A stretch of 64,000 nucleotides of DNA, from assembly GCA_001949185.1 (NCBI GenBank), contig BDGG01000002.1, forward strand, positions 3,655,826 through 3,719,825. The letters are read 5' to 3'. This DNA is from Ramazzottius varieornatus (lineage: Eukaryota > Animalia > Tardigrada). The translations under genes and the position numbers were made by a program. The notes under the pieces were generated by a model. The model saw only the letters and a program-made list of their open reading frames with translations, searched no databases and was not told the DNA's origin. This document shows, piece by piece, positions 25,231 to 39,700 of this stretch. Position 1 is the stretch's first letter, and each line of letters starts with the position of its first letter.

Positions 25231-28200
25231 CTAAAAATGGTCGACGTACACCGATACGCTGTTACCGTTTGGCACTTTGGGGCTTTGGCTGAACTTGTTC
25301 TGGTAAATATCATCATGGTTTCCGTTTAGACTTCCTGCAACACAGGCCCAAATAGCACACTCTGCTCGAATGCTCGCAAGCAAACAACGTCACAGGACGC
25401 AAACGAAGCTTCTTACCATTGGGAAGTCGGGGACTCTTTCCGCTACTGAAAGATCCGGTACTAGGACTGGAGTTGGCTGAATGCGGAAGCTTGAGCTCCA
25501 ACGGCTTCAGAAATGTCAGCCCACTTGGTCCACACAACACACATGGCGACAACAGGCGCTCACCTGGCGAAAAAGACAGACAGTTCAATTCCATACCTGC
25601 TATCACTACAACAAGTCTTCCTATCGTACCTTTCTCTCGGTCGAGTGTTGAGAGGATATTGTCCTCCCGGCAGACTTTGAAGTATACTTCCTGCCGAAGA
25701 CCAACAGGAAGGGCACCCGGCGGAATGGTCAGGCTGACTCCGGTGTCTTCTGACAGCAATACTCCACCTAAGAGAAAGCGCAACGTCAGGTTTTATCACA
25801 AGAAAGAACGCTAAACCGGGTAATGATCATACCGTGGTGGTCGAAGAAGCCGCGGACTTCAGCGATGACTTCGGGTGCGTTCAGTTTCTTTGGGGAGTTG
25901 AGAAAGTCGTCGGGTGGAGGAGGAAAGTTCATCTGACTGGGCGATGCGGAGCTTCGGTCGTCGTCGGCGAACGCGAAGGCATCATGGTAGCTGGTCCGAT
26001 GACCATTCAGCTTGTGCGCTGTGTTACCATTTCCGCTAGTGTCGATCGGTTCTAGATATGGCCGCATTGAATTCTCTGAAGATATAAAAGTCGCACATTA
26101 AAGAATTTGCATAGACAAACGCTTGAAAAATATCCTGCCTGAGTTCGTGCATGTCCTTGAAACCGTATGCAACTGTTGTAGACAAATTCGGACACGGTTA
26201 AAGTAACCTCTGAACGCCGTTCGCTCAAGCCGAAAAACTAGCAGGGACGCAAGCAGATGAATCGAGCCAGATCGTCATCTAAAGTGCCGCACGATTCGAT
26301 TGTTATTGGCTGAAAGTGTGCGCATGTGGGAAAACAATCTGGTCCAGATCATTTGCCCTCGTCTCAGATAAACCAGGCTGGAGACTACAACGAATTTTCT
26401 TCGAATGTAACAGGGTCTTTCTCTCCAATGATTTTTCCTGTGACGAAATAAACATACTTCGTGTTGGTCGAAATAGTGCCCCGTTGCTGTCCGTGCAGTT
26501 CGGTCTCATCGCCCCTTTCGTCGGGCTCGGCTCGCTGTACGTGGCGTGAGGGTTGAATCCACCATTTTCCACGTGACTTTGCCCATTCTGCTGAAACATC
26601 TTCAGTCGACCGTTGGTCAGGTACTTGGGCTTGGGAGGCAGTGGTGGCGCTAGAGGTTCTTCTTTGATGGAGGGATGGCGCGTACCGTAGATGTCGTTGG
26701 GTGAAGGGTAGCCGTTGCTGCTGGAACTGTGCGGACTGGTGTGTTGGTGGGGCACGAGAGACAGCTTGCTGGGACTCGTCATGTTTGGGGAACCTTCTTG
26801 GGGCGAACGACGTGGCTCGCGGTGACGACTACGGTCGAGCGTCATGGTGTGCTCGACGGAGCTGCGGCTGGAGGAAATGCGGTAGGGATCGTAAGCTTTT
26901 GGGTCTTCGTATGTTCCGGATGTCGAAGGCTTCCCGTCTATAAAGATATTCACCGAATTATCGTAGCAAAAAAGAATCTTGCGATGACGTTGAGGTGGGT
27001 CAAATTTGACAATTCCGCCGAAGAATCCCAGGAAAAGACTGGCCGTATAAAGCAAGTAGATAATCTGGATTTGATTATAAGTATTTTTGCGGCTGGATAT
27101 GCCCATCTGGTAACTTAGTCTGAGCGTACTAGGAGCTCTGAGAAAGCTTAGCTTACTGGAGACGGTCGGTAGGTCCGCGAAGCTTCGGCTGTTCGTCGGT
27201 TTTCCCGCGAACCTTTCTTCGGAACTCGAAGGCACTGTGATCGGCGGAGGCCGAGGACGTCGAGGTAGACTCGGCGGACCTGCGTGCCTATGAGTACGGA
27301 GTGTGGCGAAGAGGTTGATGTGGCTGGGATCGAACTGCTCACCTTGGTTCTGCAACAGAAAAACAATAGATACTCCTCAGTGGTTTGAAGAAGATTGAAT
27401 GGGATTTAATTACTTACCGGGTTGAACGGGAAGGCTTGGTAGGTCTGGCTAGGTCCTCTGTTCTCCTTGTACTCACTCGAAGATGAAGTGGACAGCGACG
27501 GCGAGTGTTTGTAGATGGCTTCTGTGGGGCGAAGTTCGCGCGCCGATCGTGGTGGTCCGTTGATCTGTGAGAGAGCGGCAGGAGGTGAGCGGACCGCGTT
27601 CTGCACGCCATTCACCATCAGCTCGTCTTTGGACAAGCGACGAGGTGGAGGCACTGGTGGCCTGTCGTACATGTTCTCGGCGTCACTCTCCGGACCCGAA
27701 GACGCGCAACTGTAGGAAGAACTGGAGGCCATCGGGAAGAGGAAGTCGTCGGCCAAGGCTGTCTCGGGCTAAAGACAATATTCGGAAAAACTGGCGACTA
27801 GGATGAACGAGGTATTCGCTGAACAGACATCAACTTAACGTACAGGGTGACCTCCATAAGTTGAAACGATTTTGGACGAGAATAGAAAAATGAGCAGTGC
27901 TTTCACTTCTTCGAAAATTCGTTCCCAGATACGTGTAACTATCAAAAACATTGTGTAGAAATTTTGTCGGGGTGTCGTGGTCCAGAAGGAGCACAGCGCT
28001 GAAGACGTGAACTAGGTGGAAATCAAGAAGTTTTCGCGAAACCAACATGCAATGCACTTCACGCTGGTTTGCTTGCGTGCGAAACGTTTCAGAATAATTT
28101 CGCTGGCGCTATTCTGTTGGAAAACCCTTCTAGTTGTAGTAGAAAATTATCATTCACGAGTTCGTGCACATGGTTGGATCTGTGAGCGACAATATTGCTG

Positions 28201-31200
28201 TAACTAAGGGGGGTAAGCAAAACTTTCCGCGTATTTTTTGGACTATTTTCAGTTTCTCCGTCCACAGTGTGTTCGAGCGGTCGGTTTGTTTTGTAATAGT
28301 CAGTCCGAACATGCTTCTTTCATGAAACAATTTTGTGAGGAAAATTAATCGTTCTTCCCGTCACATATAAATAATTTAACTGAGGTTCCCACTTTTTACC
28401 CGTAAAATTCATGTTTTCAGTGGCTCACAACAATCAAACGATCAGTGTTCTGTTGAGAAGACCTTCACAAAAATTCAAGATGAAGACATGCTCTATCGAA
28501 CGAGTTGAAGTTTGGAATTGTATAGTTAGAATCGTTCCAACCTACAGGGATCACCCTGTACAGCCGAACAGGCGCGGTCTAATAAGGCCGACTTGTAATA
28601 CCTAGCCACATTTCGATCTATACAACTTCTTAGTAATTACCTGTTTTTCCGACATCCAAATGGGCGATTGTTGTTGCTGTTCGATCAACTCGCAGATTGA
28701 TTTGAACCAGGTGGTCTTGCTCTTTATCGGTACAACTCCTAGAGTTGAAAAAAGTCCATATCGGTGAGTGTTTGTCAAGAGTAATACCGGAATGGATGTG
28801 AGAAAGTGCAAGATCTTACCGGTGAAAAGGAAGGCCGATGATTTTTCCAGTTTTTGTGCTTCGATGATAAGTTTCTTCGTGCTTTTCCTCTTCGACTCCG
28901 CCACCATTCGGATCTCTTTCACAACGTCCTTACTTTCCGCCTTGGTGTAGATGACGATGGGGTACATCTGTGCGTAGTTGAGGCGATCCACCGCTGGGCA
29001 TGTCACGTCCAGCACGCAATGTTTATTCTACGGTTAGACAACAGTTGCCTCTAATCTAACACGATTACATATCGATAATCCAACCAGTACGCATACAAGC
29101 AAGCAAGTCAAAAAACCATAGTCACCTGTGACATGAACTGCCGGATGGCGCTTAGCCGCACGATGCCCGATTTCTCTTCACTTCCTCCACTCACATCCAT
29201 TTCTGCAACGAGCCCAAATAGTGTTCAATAAACAAAATCGAATCAGTTACTTTAAATCTAGGTAAAGAAGCAAGTAGATCGTTTTCCTAAGTGGCGCAAC
29301 TCTCCAGTGTTATTAGCTAGAAGCACGCGCCAATTAGGAAACGATCCTGCTGAACAGTCCAACTAGCGCACAGTTCTAGCCAATTACACTGAACATGTGC
29401 GCCACTAGGGAAAACAGTCTTGTCGAGTGTTTTCCGAGCTCCCTATCGTCAGCAAGAAGTAAGAAGTGGCTTCTCACGTGGACTGGCGAATTTTTCAGGT
29501 TGTTCTTTGATTAACTTCTCTCGAGCAATGTCTGCGAGTGGCCCGAAGAAAACGACGGGTCGCTGAAAGTGTGGCATCTTCAAGATGATACGTTCGTATG
29601 CCGGAAACTTGGTCTCGACGGCAGCGTAAGCTACTTCGTCCCACTGGTCCTTTGTCAGGGACTTGGCGCGACGACTGCGACGGCGTATACGATCGGCTAA
29701 GGTGTTGCTGTACAGCTTACTACCTTTGGATCCATCTATAAACAAGAAAAAAATCGTGAAAAACTGATACTGTGATGTGCCTGGTTTCCCACCGTTAAAA
29801 CGAACAGAAATAACGGTGAGAAATTGGGGTAGTCACAAAAAATAAACTTCTCACTTTTTAGAGTTTTTGCCAGTCCTTCCGCTCGACTAGCGCTCGGTAT
29901 ATTCCCCCGAACAGACTCGACTTTGTTCGGGCCAATCTTGACGACGAACCACGATCCCACACTACCGGTATGCAGTGTGTCCAATACTCGGAAGGTGTCA
30001 CCCGTCTGGAAGGAAATATCCGTCTTGTTTTCTGGATCGTAGTTGAAGTGCGTCCTAACACAACAATGATCACTGGTTAACAAGCTTAACTTGAAAAGTG
30101 ACAAAGAAACATTCACTTGATGTAGAACGAGTCTCCGATCTGGCTTGAAATGATGTAATCGTATTCCTGCTTGCGGTGTTGGACAACCATCTCGATTTGT
30201 TCCGTGAGGTTCAGTAGGAACAGGACTGCTTCCTCCCTCGTGACACCTTTCATGTCTTTGTCGTTCACCTGAAACAAACGTATTTGTCAGCCAAGAAGAT
30301 CGGAAGCTAAGTGGAGGACGTGTTCTTCACCTTGAGGATTTTGTCACCCGGCATGAGACCGGCCAGCGCAGCCGGACTGTTGGCTTGTGCGCTCATGATA
30401 AAGATACCGGCTTCGTTGCCACCAGTCAGACGTAATCCCACGCTACCATCCTTGCGGAAGGTTACGAAACGCGGGTCGGGAAAACGCCAGTCCGATGACA
30501 TGGAAATGGCATCTTGAGCACTTGCTCCATCAGCCTCTTCTGTAAAGACAAAAAATAACCTCTTCCAATTGCCACAATTCAGATAACAAACTTCATTCGT
30601 AATTCCCAAGCAGGAGACAAGTAAATGTTCTACAAATGAACTGAACCGGATCGTTTCCAAATGGCGCACACTATCAGTCAATATTATTGCAAAAGTGCGC
30701 CACTTGAGATAATGATCTGGTCCAATTCATTTGCCAACAACATTCGTTATGGACAGTGCTGCGGTCTTACGAATTCAGCAATTTTCTACGATATTCATGC
30801 GGTAATATTGCGCCCACTGAGGACCGTTTGTAATGGACGTATTCTTACGTCGTCGGAAGCTGCTTGGCGGAGAGTTGGCTTGAGGAGTTTCGTTCAGAAG
30901 GCTGGCTTCAACCCGTGGACTTTGCATGTACAGCGCCGAAGTATCCGCCGGAGATCGTTGCGAAAGAGAGAGAAGCGGCACCGAGATGCGTTGAGCAAGT
31001 GGTGAGGAAACATCAACCGTCGGTTTGGTCAAGTTCAAGTTCATGGACGCGGAGCGAACAGCATGATTACCGCCGCGTTCTCTGCATGACATCAGTAATA
31101 ATGTCAGTAAAATAAAGCCTATGTATTACCTGATAAATAATCTGATTACAAAATGATAGTGTGTATTGCGTACCTGTTTGGGTTAACGAGCCGACCCTCC

Positions 31201-33167
31201 ATCGAGTCGACCGACTTCTGCCTGACATGGTTGTCAGTCTTGGTGGGTAGTTCGGTGTAGACGTTTTGGCTGCTCTGCCGCCGGTGTTGGTTGACGGAAG
31301 GCGTGTTCGGGTGGGAGGATGGCACAACCGCCGAGCGAGTACCACGCGGACGCTGAAAGACCATCTGTAGGCGGTCTTTGGGCCGCTTCTCCAACACTTT
31401 CTTCACCTACAAACAAAAGCCGTATATCGCTAACAGAACAAAAAGCACCAGAGAGCTTCTCCGTGAAATTTTGCCAACAAATCGTTCATCTAAGCGTGTG
31501 CGACTCGAAATCCAGGATGAATATTCTTATGTGGCTGTAAAGAGTTTTGTTGGGAAACAGACCATTTTTCTCCAGTTTTCTACAATCGAAAGTCGGGTGA
31601 AAACAACGAACAAGATGGCTTATCTCGAGTGACGCACGCTTCCATCTTTATTAATCGGAAGGATGCGCCGCTTAAGGGAACCGTCTTGTACGTTTTGTTC
31701 GCGCAGCTACCAATATCTGTTCTGACATTGACGGGTCTATTGTACAAAAAGGCGGACAGTTTACGGGAAAATTGGTGTGATGGACGATCGTACCTCGTTG
31801 AAAGGCAAGTGGTCGACCGGGGTATTGCCTATCCTCAGCACGGTATCCCCGATCTGGATGCCATGTGCATCGACCAGCGTTCTGTTCGTGATGTCTTTAA
31901 CGTACAGAATACACCCGAGGACCAATCCCCCAAAGACCTCTTCCTTCTTCTTGGAAGTCCCAGTGGGTTTAGGCAGGTTGACGGTGTAGGTGGTGGCGGC
32001 ATACCGTGTGGTACCCGGTGTCAGCGGCGGACCTGCCGCAGCGGCTTTGCGTTTGATCAGCAAGTTGACAACGGTCGGAGAATCCTACAATAGACAGCAG
32101 AAGATGAGATATGAGCCGCTGAGATATCAAACGACACAATGTGCAATATTGTGACAGACGAACCGCCCTGTAATCTACTTTGACTATAATAATCGGTAGT
32201 GGCTTTCACTTCGCAGAGACTGCTAACTTAAATTAATTACGATACCGATCGACGCTAGCCAACGCACAAAAACCATTGCCAAGAGCCAGTCTTCATTGTG
32301 ACGGTGCGTGGACAACTTTTCTGGGTTAAATCCATTAATAGCTCGTAATATTTGATACGCAAAATACTGTCCGATGAAAAGACTTACGTCACAGATATTC
32401 CGCGAAAAAAATCGGATTTTATTTAGCTTGTCGGATAAGCAAACTGAGATACAGCAACAAGATTTCCCAGCTTTAGAAGTTATTGCAGCAGCCCAGGCAA
32501 TCTTCTACAGTTTCTCGGCTGTTGGGTTCTAACGTAAACGATGAGTGACGATCGCCCACACTTTCGTATGTTACCAGTTTTCCAGTTTTTTGTTTAACAG
32601 CATAACAAAGTTTTCCCCGACTTCACGTTGGATTACCCAGAGGTATCTACCAGCTTTCAGTTATCTACAGTACACTTGCCTTAAGGACGGTGATGGCATA
32701 CGAATAGTCCACATTCTCGAGATTGGTTCCGTTGACAGTAATGATGCGGTCATTTATGCTGGAAAATAAAGGAAATCAGAAACAAGCCCACTAATCGAAT
32801 GAATTACCCAAATGGAAATTTGGGCGAGAGAGCCATTCAGGATTGTGGCACATGCACAAGCAGATTTCCCACCACAAAGAGTATGGCATAACACTTACAA
32901 TAATCGCCCTTCCGCCGGTCCAGTCTTTAACACGTCCGAGACGGCGATCGATGGATCGCCATTTGCGAAATGTGGGTTATCCCGACCACCGCTCACGGCG
33001 ATGCCAAAGCCATAAGGCGGAAGCTGCATCGAAAATGAAAGAGCTTGTTAGGTTCCGAAATCACAACAAAACGCGCTGAATTGCGCCTGGGTGAACGACT
33101 GAAGCAAAAAACGTACTTTCGTCAGAGAAACTTCGTGGAACTCGTAAAGCGTATCGGGCTCCTCATT
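25231..33167 (-). CDS. TJP1: Tight-junction protein ZO-1 / polychaetoid core (PDZ1-3, SH3, GUK, ZU5), multi-exon
   Basis: PDZ1 [28 protein letters not shown]; PDZ3 [27 protein letters not shown]; SH3 GDSFYI|RTHFNYD; [22 protein letters not shown] and [18 protein letters not shown]; ZU5 [20 protein letters not shown]; C-terminus VSVYVDHF*, as in ZO-1 VSVLIDHF. Confidence 0.95.
27843..28558. mobile_element. Tc1/mariner-type non-autonomous element in a ZO-1 intron
   Basis: TA-cagggtgacctccataagttgaaacgatt ... aatcgttccaacctacagggatcaccctg-TA, an imperfect ~29-bp TIR with TA TSD. Confidence 0.75.
29277..29420. repeat. Hairpin family copy (tandem dimer), ZO-1 intron
   Basis: agatcgttttcctAAGTGGCGCA...cGCGCCAattaggaaacgatc plus a second unit ending gtgcgccactagggaaaacagtct. 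Confidence 0.8.
30648..30719. repeat. Hairpin family copy, ZO-1 intron
   Basis: gatcgtttccaaaTGGCGCAC...GTGCGCCACTTgagataatgatctg. Confidence 0.75.
31612..31687. repeat. Hairpin family copy (diverged), ZO-1 intron
   Basis: aagatggcttatctcgAGTGACGCAC...ATGCGCCGCTTaagggaaccgtctt. Confidence 0.65.
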
Positions 33168-35077
33168 CTGCAAAAAACAACAATCATTAACAGTGATACA
33201 GAAAGGGCGTCAACCATTTTTCTGATTCCCAGCGACTTGTATGTTTTTCGAAACGAATTCTAAAGAAATTGCAGCAAAATTTGAGAATTTTGCAAAACGA
33301 AAGACACTTGAAAACTCAAGCACAACGAGGTCCCTCGCCTGGGTTCCCACTGATTAGATGAAAAGTATTCTCGACGTACAGTGCTCTTGATACGCATTCT
33401 GATGTGAAATTATTCCATATGAATCCTTAGCAATGAAACTGAAACCAGCTCATTCTGACAATGAATTGGGTACACTACTAATGACTCAAATTTCCATGTG
33501 AAGTGTCGAGAGGTACAAATTTATTCCTATGGGTAACAAACAGAAGGACAGTAACACAGCAGACAATGCCAGATTATGATTAATGGGAACAACGGTATGC
33601 AGTACTCATGCACCATAACAAATAATGGCCGAAAATAACAATTACGGACAAGCAAGAAAAAGGCCTCAAGAAACGACAACGCCAAACTGATAGATAAACG
33701 AACTATGCCGTTTTTCGTCAGTGAGCCACTTCAAGCATGCAAGCACCAAACGAGGAGGCGGATGAGACCACGAGATAGAGCTCATCTCGGCAAACAACCA
33801 TACTGGTTCTTCAAGACTTCAAGCTACTTATCGTGGGATTAACACTACGACGACGCTGACTGCGAAGATTCTCATGCATCGTCTGCTGCGTCTCGATGAT
33901 GTCATGCGGCCATTGTGTCCACTCTATCAGCAGACAATGGACGGTTGGGCCATAACGACTGCCCGGGTTAATCTACTGGACAGCTCGCTGGACAATTATA
34001 TGGTTTATGGTTTGATGAGGGTGAAGAAGGCTTGAACGGGTTTTGACGACCTGATTAATCCACTCAGCGACTTGACGCTTTGAGAGACTGTTGTCAGGTC
34101 TTTCTTCACCTGTTGGCGCCGCTGTTTTGGTAAGAGTATTTTTGGCCAACAAACAGGAAAGTACCTTGTTGCGGTTATTTTTACCTCGTCTTGACAAGGC
34201 GACGACAGAGGAGTTTTGTAAAGCAAATGCGACCACGCCTTCTTCCCAAACCATAACGAACGTGAAAATTCCAAATTCGTGTCTCATACATATTTCAAGC
34301 TAGAAAAGTAACCGTAGGAATTTGCCCTACATTCCACCTTTCTTCATTCAAATTGCGCCCACTGGAAACAGAAACTGGCATTGCTGAAAGATCCTGAACT
34401 CATCCGTGAAACCAAAGATTGTGAACAGACTTTCCATTCTAGTCATTATTTTGACGGCGAGCAGGGTGAACTGGCTGGAAGCTGCGGTCTGTGGTCCAGA
34501 CTGGTAACTCATGTGCGATACATCCGAGTATAGGATTCCGCTTGGTGGCAATCGCCGAACCATGACGGTACATGCCCGACCTCAACGATGCTCGGTGGCG
34601 CTGCTCAACGCGCCATAAAGTTCGCTGCATCGGAAGACGCGTCAAGAGGTATCTCACCATGTCTCAACAACCGGACATCTCACAGTGTGAAAGTCCGTCA
34701 AGTACCTCATCAACACCAAAGTTATCGGAGCAAACCAAATTAATGTATGTGTAAAGACTGCGATCTTTACGGGAAATTTACACGCTCAACCACAGCCTAA
34801 GGGCAAGTGTGGAGAGCATGCCTAGATGAATGAAAAGGCGCTAAAAGTCCTCACACGAGTGCAAACACGTTGTCAAAGCAATTTTCCTTCGATATTGACA
34901 GCGCGCAAGAACCAACAACGCCCGAAACGCTGCCAACGACCATCAATGTTGTCTCAAACAACAAGACTTTAGGACCTCTCGACTGTTTGCAAACACTCGC
35001 AGAAGAACCTCATCGAATCCTCAAAGAACAAAAGCCACAGAAGCATGAACTATTTCAGACGTTGACAGATAATCTCA

Positions 35078-35151
35078 CCCAGATCGTTGTTCCAAGTGGC
35101 GCACATCCGCATTACCATGAGAGTGTGAACAACTTGGGACAACGATCTGGG
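35078..35151. repeat. Hairpin family copy, ZO-1 5' region/intron
   Basis: cccagatcgttgttccAAGTGGCGCAC...acttgggacaacgatctggg. Confidence 0.75.
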
Positions 35152-36723
35152 TGGATTCATTTGCCGACGTTGCGTTCGCAGAACGAAGGTAATTTTGGCT
35201 ACTCAGAGCTGCGGCAGACCAGAATAGGGAGTTTCTTACCGGGAAAAGACACAAAGGGTGAACAGGACAAGGCGCTGTGTGCCGAAGAGTCCCATAGGGA
35301 TCGTAGGCACGTAGAATGGACTTTAATCCGGGATTGCCAGTCGCGCTTGTCTTTGGAGGCACGCAGTAATGCGCCCAATCGTTCACTTTACTCGGACCAG
35401 CTGCCGTCAAATGACTTCGCCTCAGCGTGCCCATAGTAAAATTATAAAATTATAATTGTCACGGGCAAAATCAGTCATCTGACTCATCTCACTTCTGATC
35501 AACCATGGCGAGAAACTCCAATACTCGTCATGTAAGCTATCGTAGAACTGTCAGAACACGATGATTGGCGATGAAAGAAAGCGGTTGGTCCGGAGGCAAA
35601 AAATAAAGTGGAAAGGGGATAAGCTCGAAAGGGAGATCCGGCTTATTTTTTATTTATAGAAGAGACACGAAAAAGCAATGAAGCACGTCAACTTTTATCA
35701 GGCACTTTGTTTCCTGGACAGAGTGATATGAAAAGTGAGACCGAAGGGAAGTGGAGCCTAGTGTGCTAATGCAGACTGGAAGCTGCCAGAAAGGAAGCTG
35801 GCCGTCCAATGGACCATCGATTTTCTGGATAAGGACTCCTTCAACAAGGAAACTTTGGCAGAACTTGATACGCCTCCAAAGGGCATTGTGTATCCTTCAG
35901 GGAAATATTCCACAAGGAGAAGAGATACCCAAAGCCCAGCCCCAGAAACAGGATCAGCTTTGGGAGGGAAAAGGGAACGAGGAAGAAAAGCCGATGAAAT
36001 TAGCAATTCTTCAGCTGCTCAATTCAATTGACCCGAGTGCAAGTTTTTCCGTCAAATTTACTCAACAGAGCAATCTTTCGGTTTATGCAAAGAGTGCCAA
36101 TTTGTAAACTTCCTCCCAAGAGAGGCCCCACGCGGCTTTGCTGGGCCTGAGTAATCCTTATGCAATCAATTTTTTTGAGGCGGTCATAAACCCCAAATGA
36201 CAAGACTAATCCTGCTGGACAAAAGTAAGTTCTTCCTCACCTCGAATCGATCTGGCGAAGAACCTTAAAAAGGTCCATCAGCCTCCTGACAACGGAACTG
36301 CAACACTGCGGCAGCGCCCCCTTCCGAAATTACAACTGGAGGCGTGTCCGAACTCTAACCTCGTTTCTGATTGATTTGCTCACTGTACTGTTACAATATT
36401 CGACAAGCCACAGTAACCAGTAACTATCTGATTGGTCAGAACAGCAGGTTCGGTTGATTGTTGATCAGAAACCAAGTCTCTAAGAGTCCTTTGGATTTCT
36501 TTTGGTGGCTAGAGGACGTGATTTATGTCTTCGGAAATGGACTATGAATGAATGCCGTCAGCCATTCCGTTTGGGAACTGTCAACGAGATGCCCAATCGC
36601 TTCCCTCATAATCAAGACAAGCTGCAGATGGCTCTCGACGTTACAATCTTTTTTCATGAGCAAAGTGGGAATAAGTCGTCAAGTGGAACAGACAAGAGAG
36701 TCCCCATCTCAAGCTCGACTTAC

Positions 36724-39700
36724 CGCTAGTCCGCCTCCTCCAACACTCCCGCCATCGATCCCCTCTTGAGCCTGGGAGCCATTATTCATCTTGCTGGTAC
36801 TCTGCTGATTGCTGCAATGAGCCTGAAGCAGCTGCGATACCATACTATTTGGCGGTAACGAAGACAGATCCACATTCCTAAAAATTACTCCACAAATCAG
36901 TCAGTCAACCATTGTTACAGTACGCATAAACAACCACAGAAAGCCTGTCGAAATTAGCTATGGCTGGCCATATGGTACGTACCCTAATTTACAGCAACCA
37001 AAAGCAGCGATAAACTGTGAACCACATGGCCTGCCATATCCATACTGCAATTTCGAACCTGTTTGGAAGTTTGGGCGATTTCATTGGCATAGGATATCCA
37101 TTCGCCAGTCCAAATTCGGGAATCGAGGGTAAGGCTTTGTGCTCGAAAGTCGCCCCGTCAAGCTGGTCTGACGACACGTAGTTCGGAGGAATTCTGACGC
37201 TCATGTTAGGCCCGAACTTATCCTCCATGGCTTTGGCGATTTCATCTTGCAGGGAGGACGAAGTGGCAAAACCGCCCTCGGCAGCGTTGCTGTTGGAGAA
37301 GTTACCCAGCTGGCTCCTTCTTTCTGGGTTAATAGAATCCGTAGCGGACTGCGAAGTGCTAGAAAAGTGTGGGGTGGATTTCGACGCTTGGTCCTGTTCG
37401 TTTTTTCCGGTCACTGGAAACAACAACAAGAATGATTTGGCTTATTGGCGACCAACCAAATCAACAGTCAATCACACGCCCAAAATTCTCTATTTGTATA
37501 CGTCATCGCGAAAATCAGTGACGTCACGGAGACCTATTGTTTTACCACTTTACCCGGGAAGATCATACAGTACATAGACTTGAATGTCGTCTTTCAACGT
37601 TCTAAAGATTGAGTACGGAAACTTCTGAATGCCAACAAGAAGTCGAAAAAGGTGGCGTCGCATGAAAATCGAACGGATGAATTATGGTGATATCCTGGCG
37701 TGAAACGCACAACAAAAGACTTGGACGCGACAGTTAACTTGGCGAACCATGGCTCGTCAAGTTCAATCGACTATTTTTATTCGCGCGTGTTAATCACATA
37801 TTCACAAAATTTTTTACGGTTTATAATCTGTCGTGCCAGATATTGTGTAGGCACCGATAACAAGACTACAGCGAATTGGCACGTTACTTTGTGCCCACAG
37901 CTGCAAATCACAAACGACTACGAGGTAAACGACATAATTCGGCGTAGTGGTTTTTCACTCGTAATTCGGGCATATTTTTTCTCAGCTCTTGCTGCGCGTA
38001 ATGAACTGCTTCTTGTTTCCTGAGGTAGACCGGTCCCTCTTCTCGAGGTTTCAACAGGTTTGAGAACGACGAAGCGTTGTGGAGCATGGGAATTTGGCCT
38101 GGGAGAGGGAGGGGTCGTCCAATGTCAAAAAGCCTAATGTTGTATCAACAGGCGCACGATGAGAGATGAATCAAGCGTTGGCGCTAATGTTCATACTTTT
38201 CGCGTTGCCCGAATTATGGTGCAAAAATCGGTATGCCAGAATTATTTCGTTTACCTTGTATAGCGACCTCACGATTGCCACAGAAAGCAGGGGGATAGCT
38301 TTTCCAGGCTTCATACAGTTCTCACGCGATTTTACTCACGACATCGACACCGCCAAGAAAACCAAACAATGAAGTATCACACGACCGCTATGGTACCTTA
38401 CCAGCTGAAGAGTACTAGTGTATGCAAGTATATAATTTGTTCGAACATGTTATCCATCACATTTTCACCACAAAACTGTTTTTCAGAAGTCCACTTCGGA
38501 AGACACTCGGTCTGCAGGTCTGCCCCAGTTTGGAAGTTCGAGTGCAAGTTGGAGCATGTCATCTGTGAAATCTAAGCTTGCTCCTGGGTCTTCAGTACGG
38601 AATACTCTTTGACAATTGTAAGTACCGGTACTACTGTATTCATGTCGACGATTAGCCAAATATGGCAACCAAGACCCGTGCGAACGATTATGCTCTGTCA
38701 CTGTATCGTTCGCCAGCAATTGGAGTTGAGCTCGTCGCACGTACAAAGTGAGTGAAACATGACGCTAAGTAGGGTTCTTTACGGTCAACAAGGGCCATTG
38801 AGCCGGCGTTTAGTATCTTTTGGAGCTTGCTCAAGTTCAGCTTCAGCGTTGAACGTCTAGTTTTCGGCACGATTACCATTTCACAGTTTTCGTGCGACAC
38901 AGTTCGCTCTTTACACAAACACGATCCGGTTGCAATCGCGAAGAAGATGTAGCATTTTCGTCGTTATAATTAGCGGCCATGTTTGTGCCTGCCAGCTTCA
39001 TGGAAAGATGAGGATATTTTTCGTTGATCACCTCGTCTGAGGTTATCAAACAGCAGGGAGCACATCATCGAAGCCAGCAGGTATCCATGTCGCGCACTCT
39101 CGCAAACAAGATCCGGCATTCAACATCAGGCAGTTCCCAGCCCGGTATTCATCGACCCTCTCACAAGTCGCACTCACAATAAAATTCCAACATTTCTACA
39201 ACCAAACTGCTGCGTAACTAAAGGTAATATGAGCGAGGTGGTCTTCGATGCAATGTAAGCTCAAACGTAGGGCGGTTAGATGACTTGACAAGTAAAGAAT
39301 GAGCAGTTGAATCCATTCCAAAATTAGCTTCCTCTTCTGCCAGCTGGGTGTTCTTCGGCAGAAAGAACCACGCGGCCAACCGGCAAATTTTTTGTTCAAA
39401 CATACATTGAGAAAATTCGCTTGGGACACTGACCGGTGGTCCGAAGGATTTGTGGAAGAGTGGCGAATTAAAAAGCGATAAGAGGTTCAACTGGCCGGTG
39501 AAATTTCGGCAAAATTATACGGTTGTCAGAGAAAGGTGGGCGAACGTCAACTGTCACTTGTTCAAAACAGTGCATCAGCAAATGTTTTTCACAAAATCCT
39601 ATTACGTCTTTAACCTCGCATCAAGCACGAATCATGAGTTCTCTTTGAGCAGCTCATTGAGAAATCTTGGCCAAAGACTTGTTCTGCCGGTAAAAACAAT

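Noticed and set aside
34348-36107. Several 70-190 aa ORFs in the ZO-1 5' intron
   Set aside because: No motifs, and one spans a hairpin repeat. An alternative first exon cannot be excluded but is unsupported.
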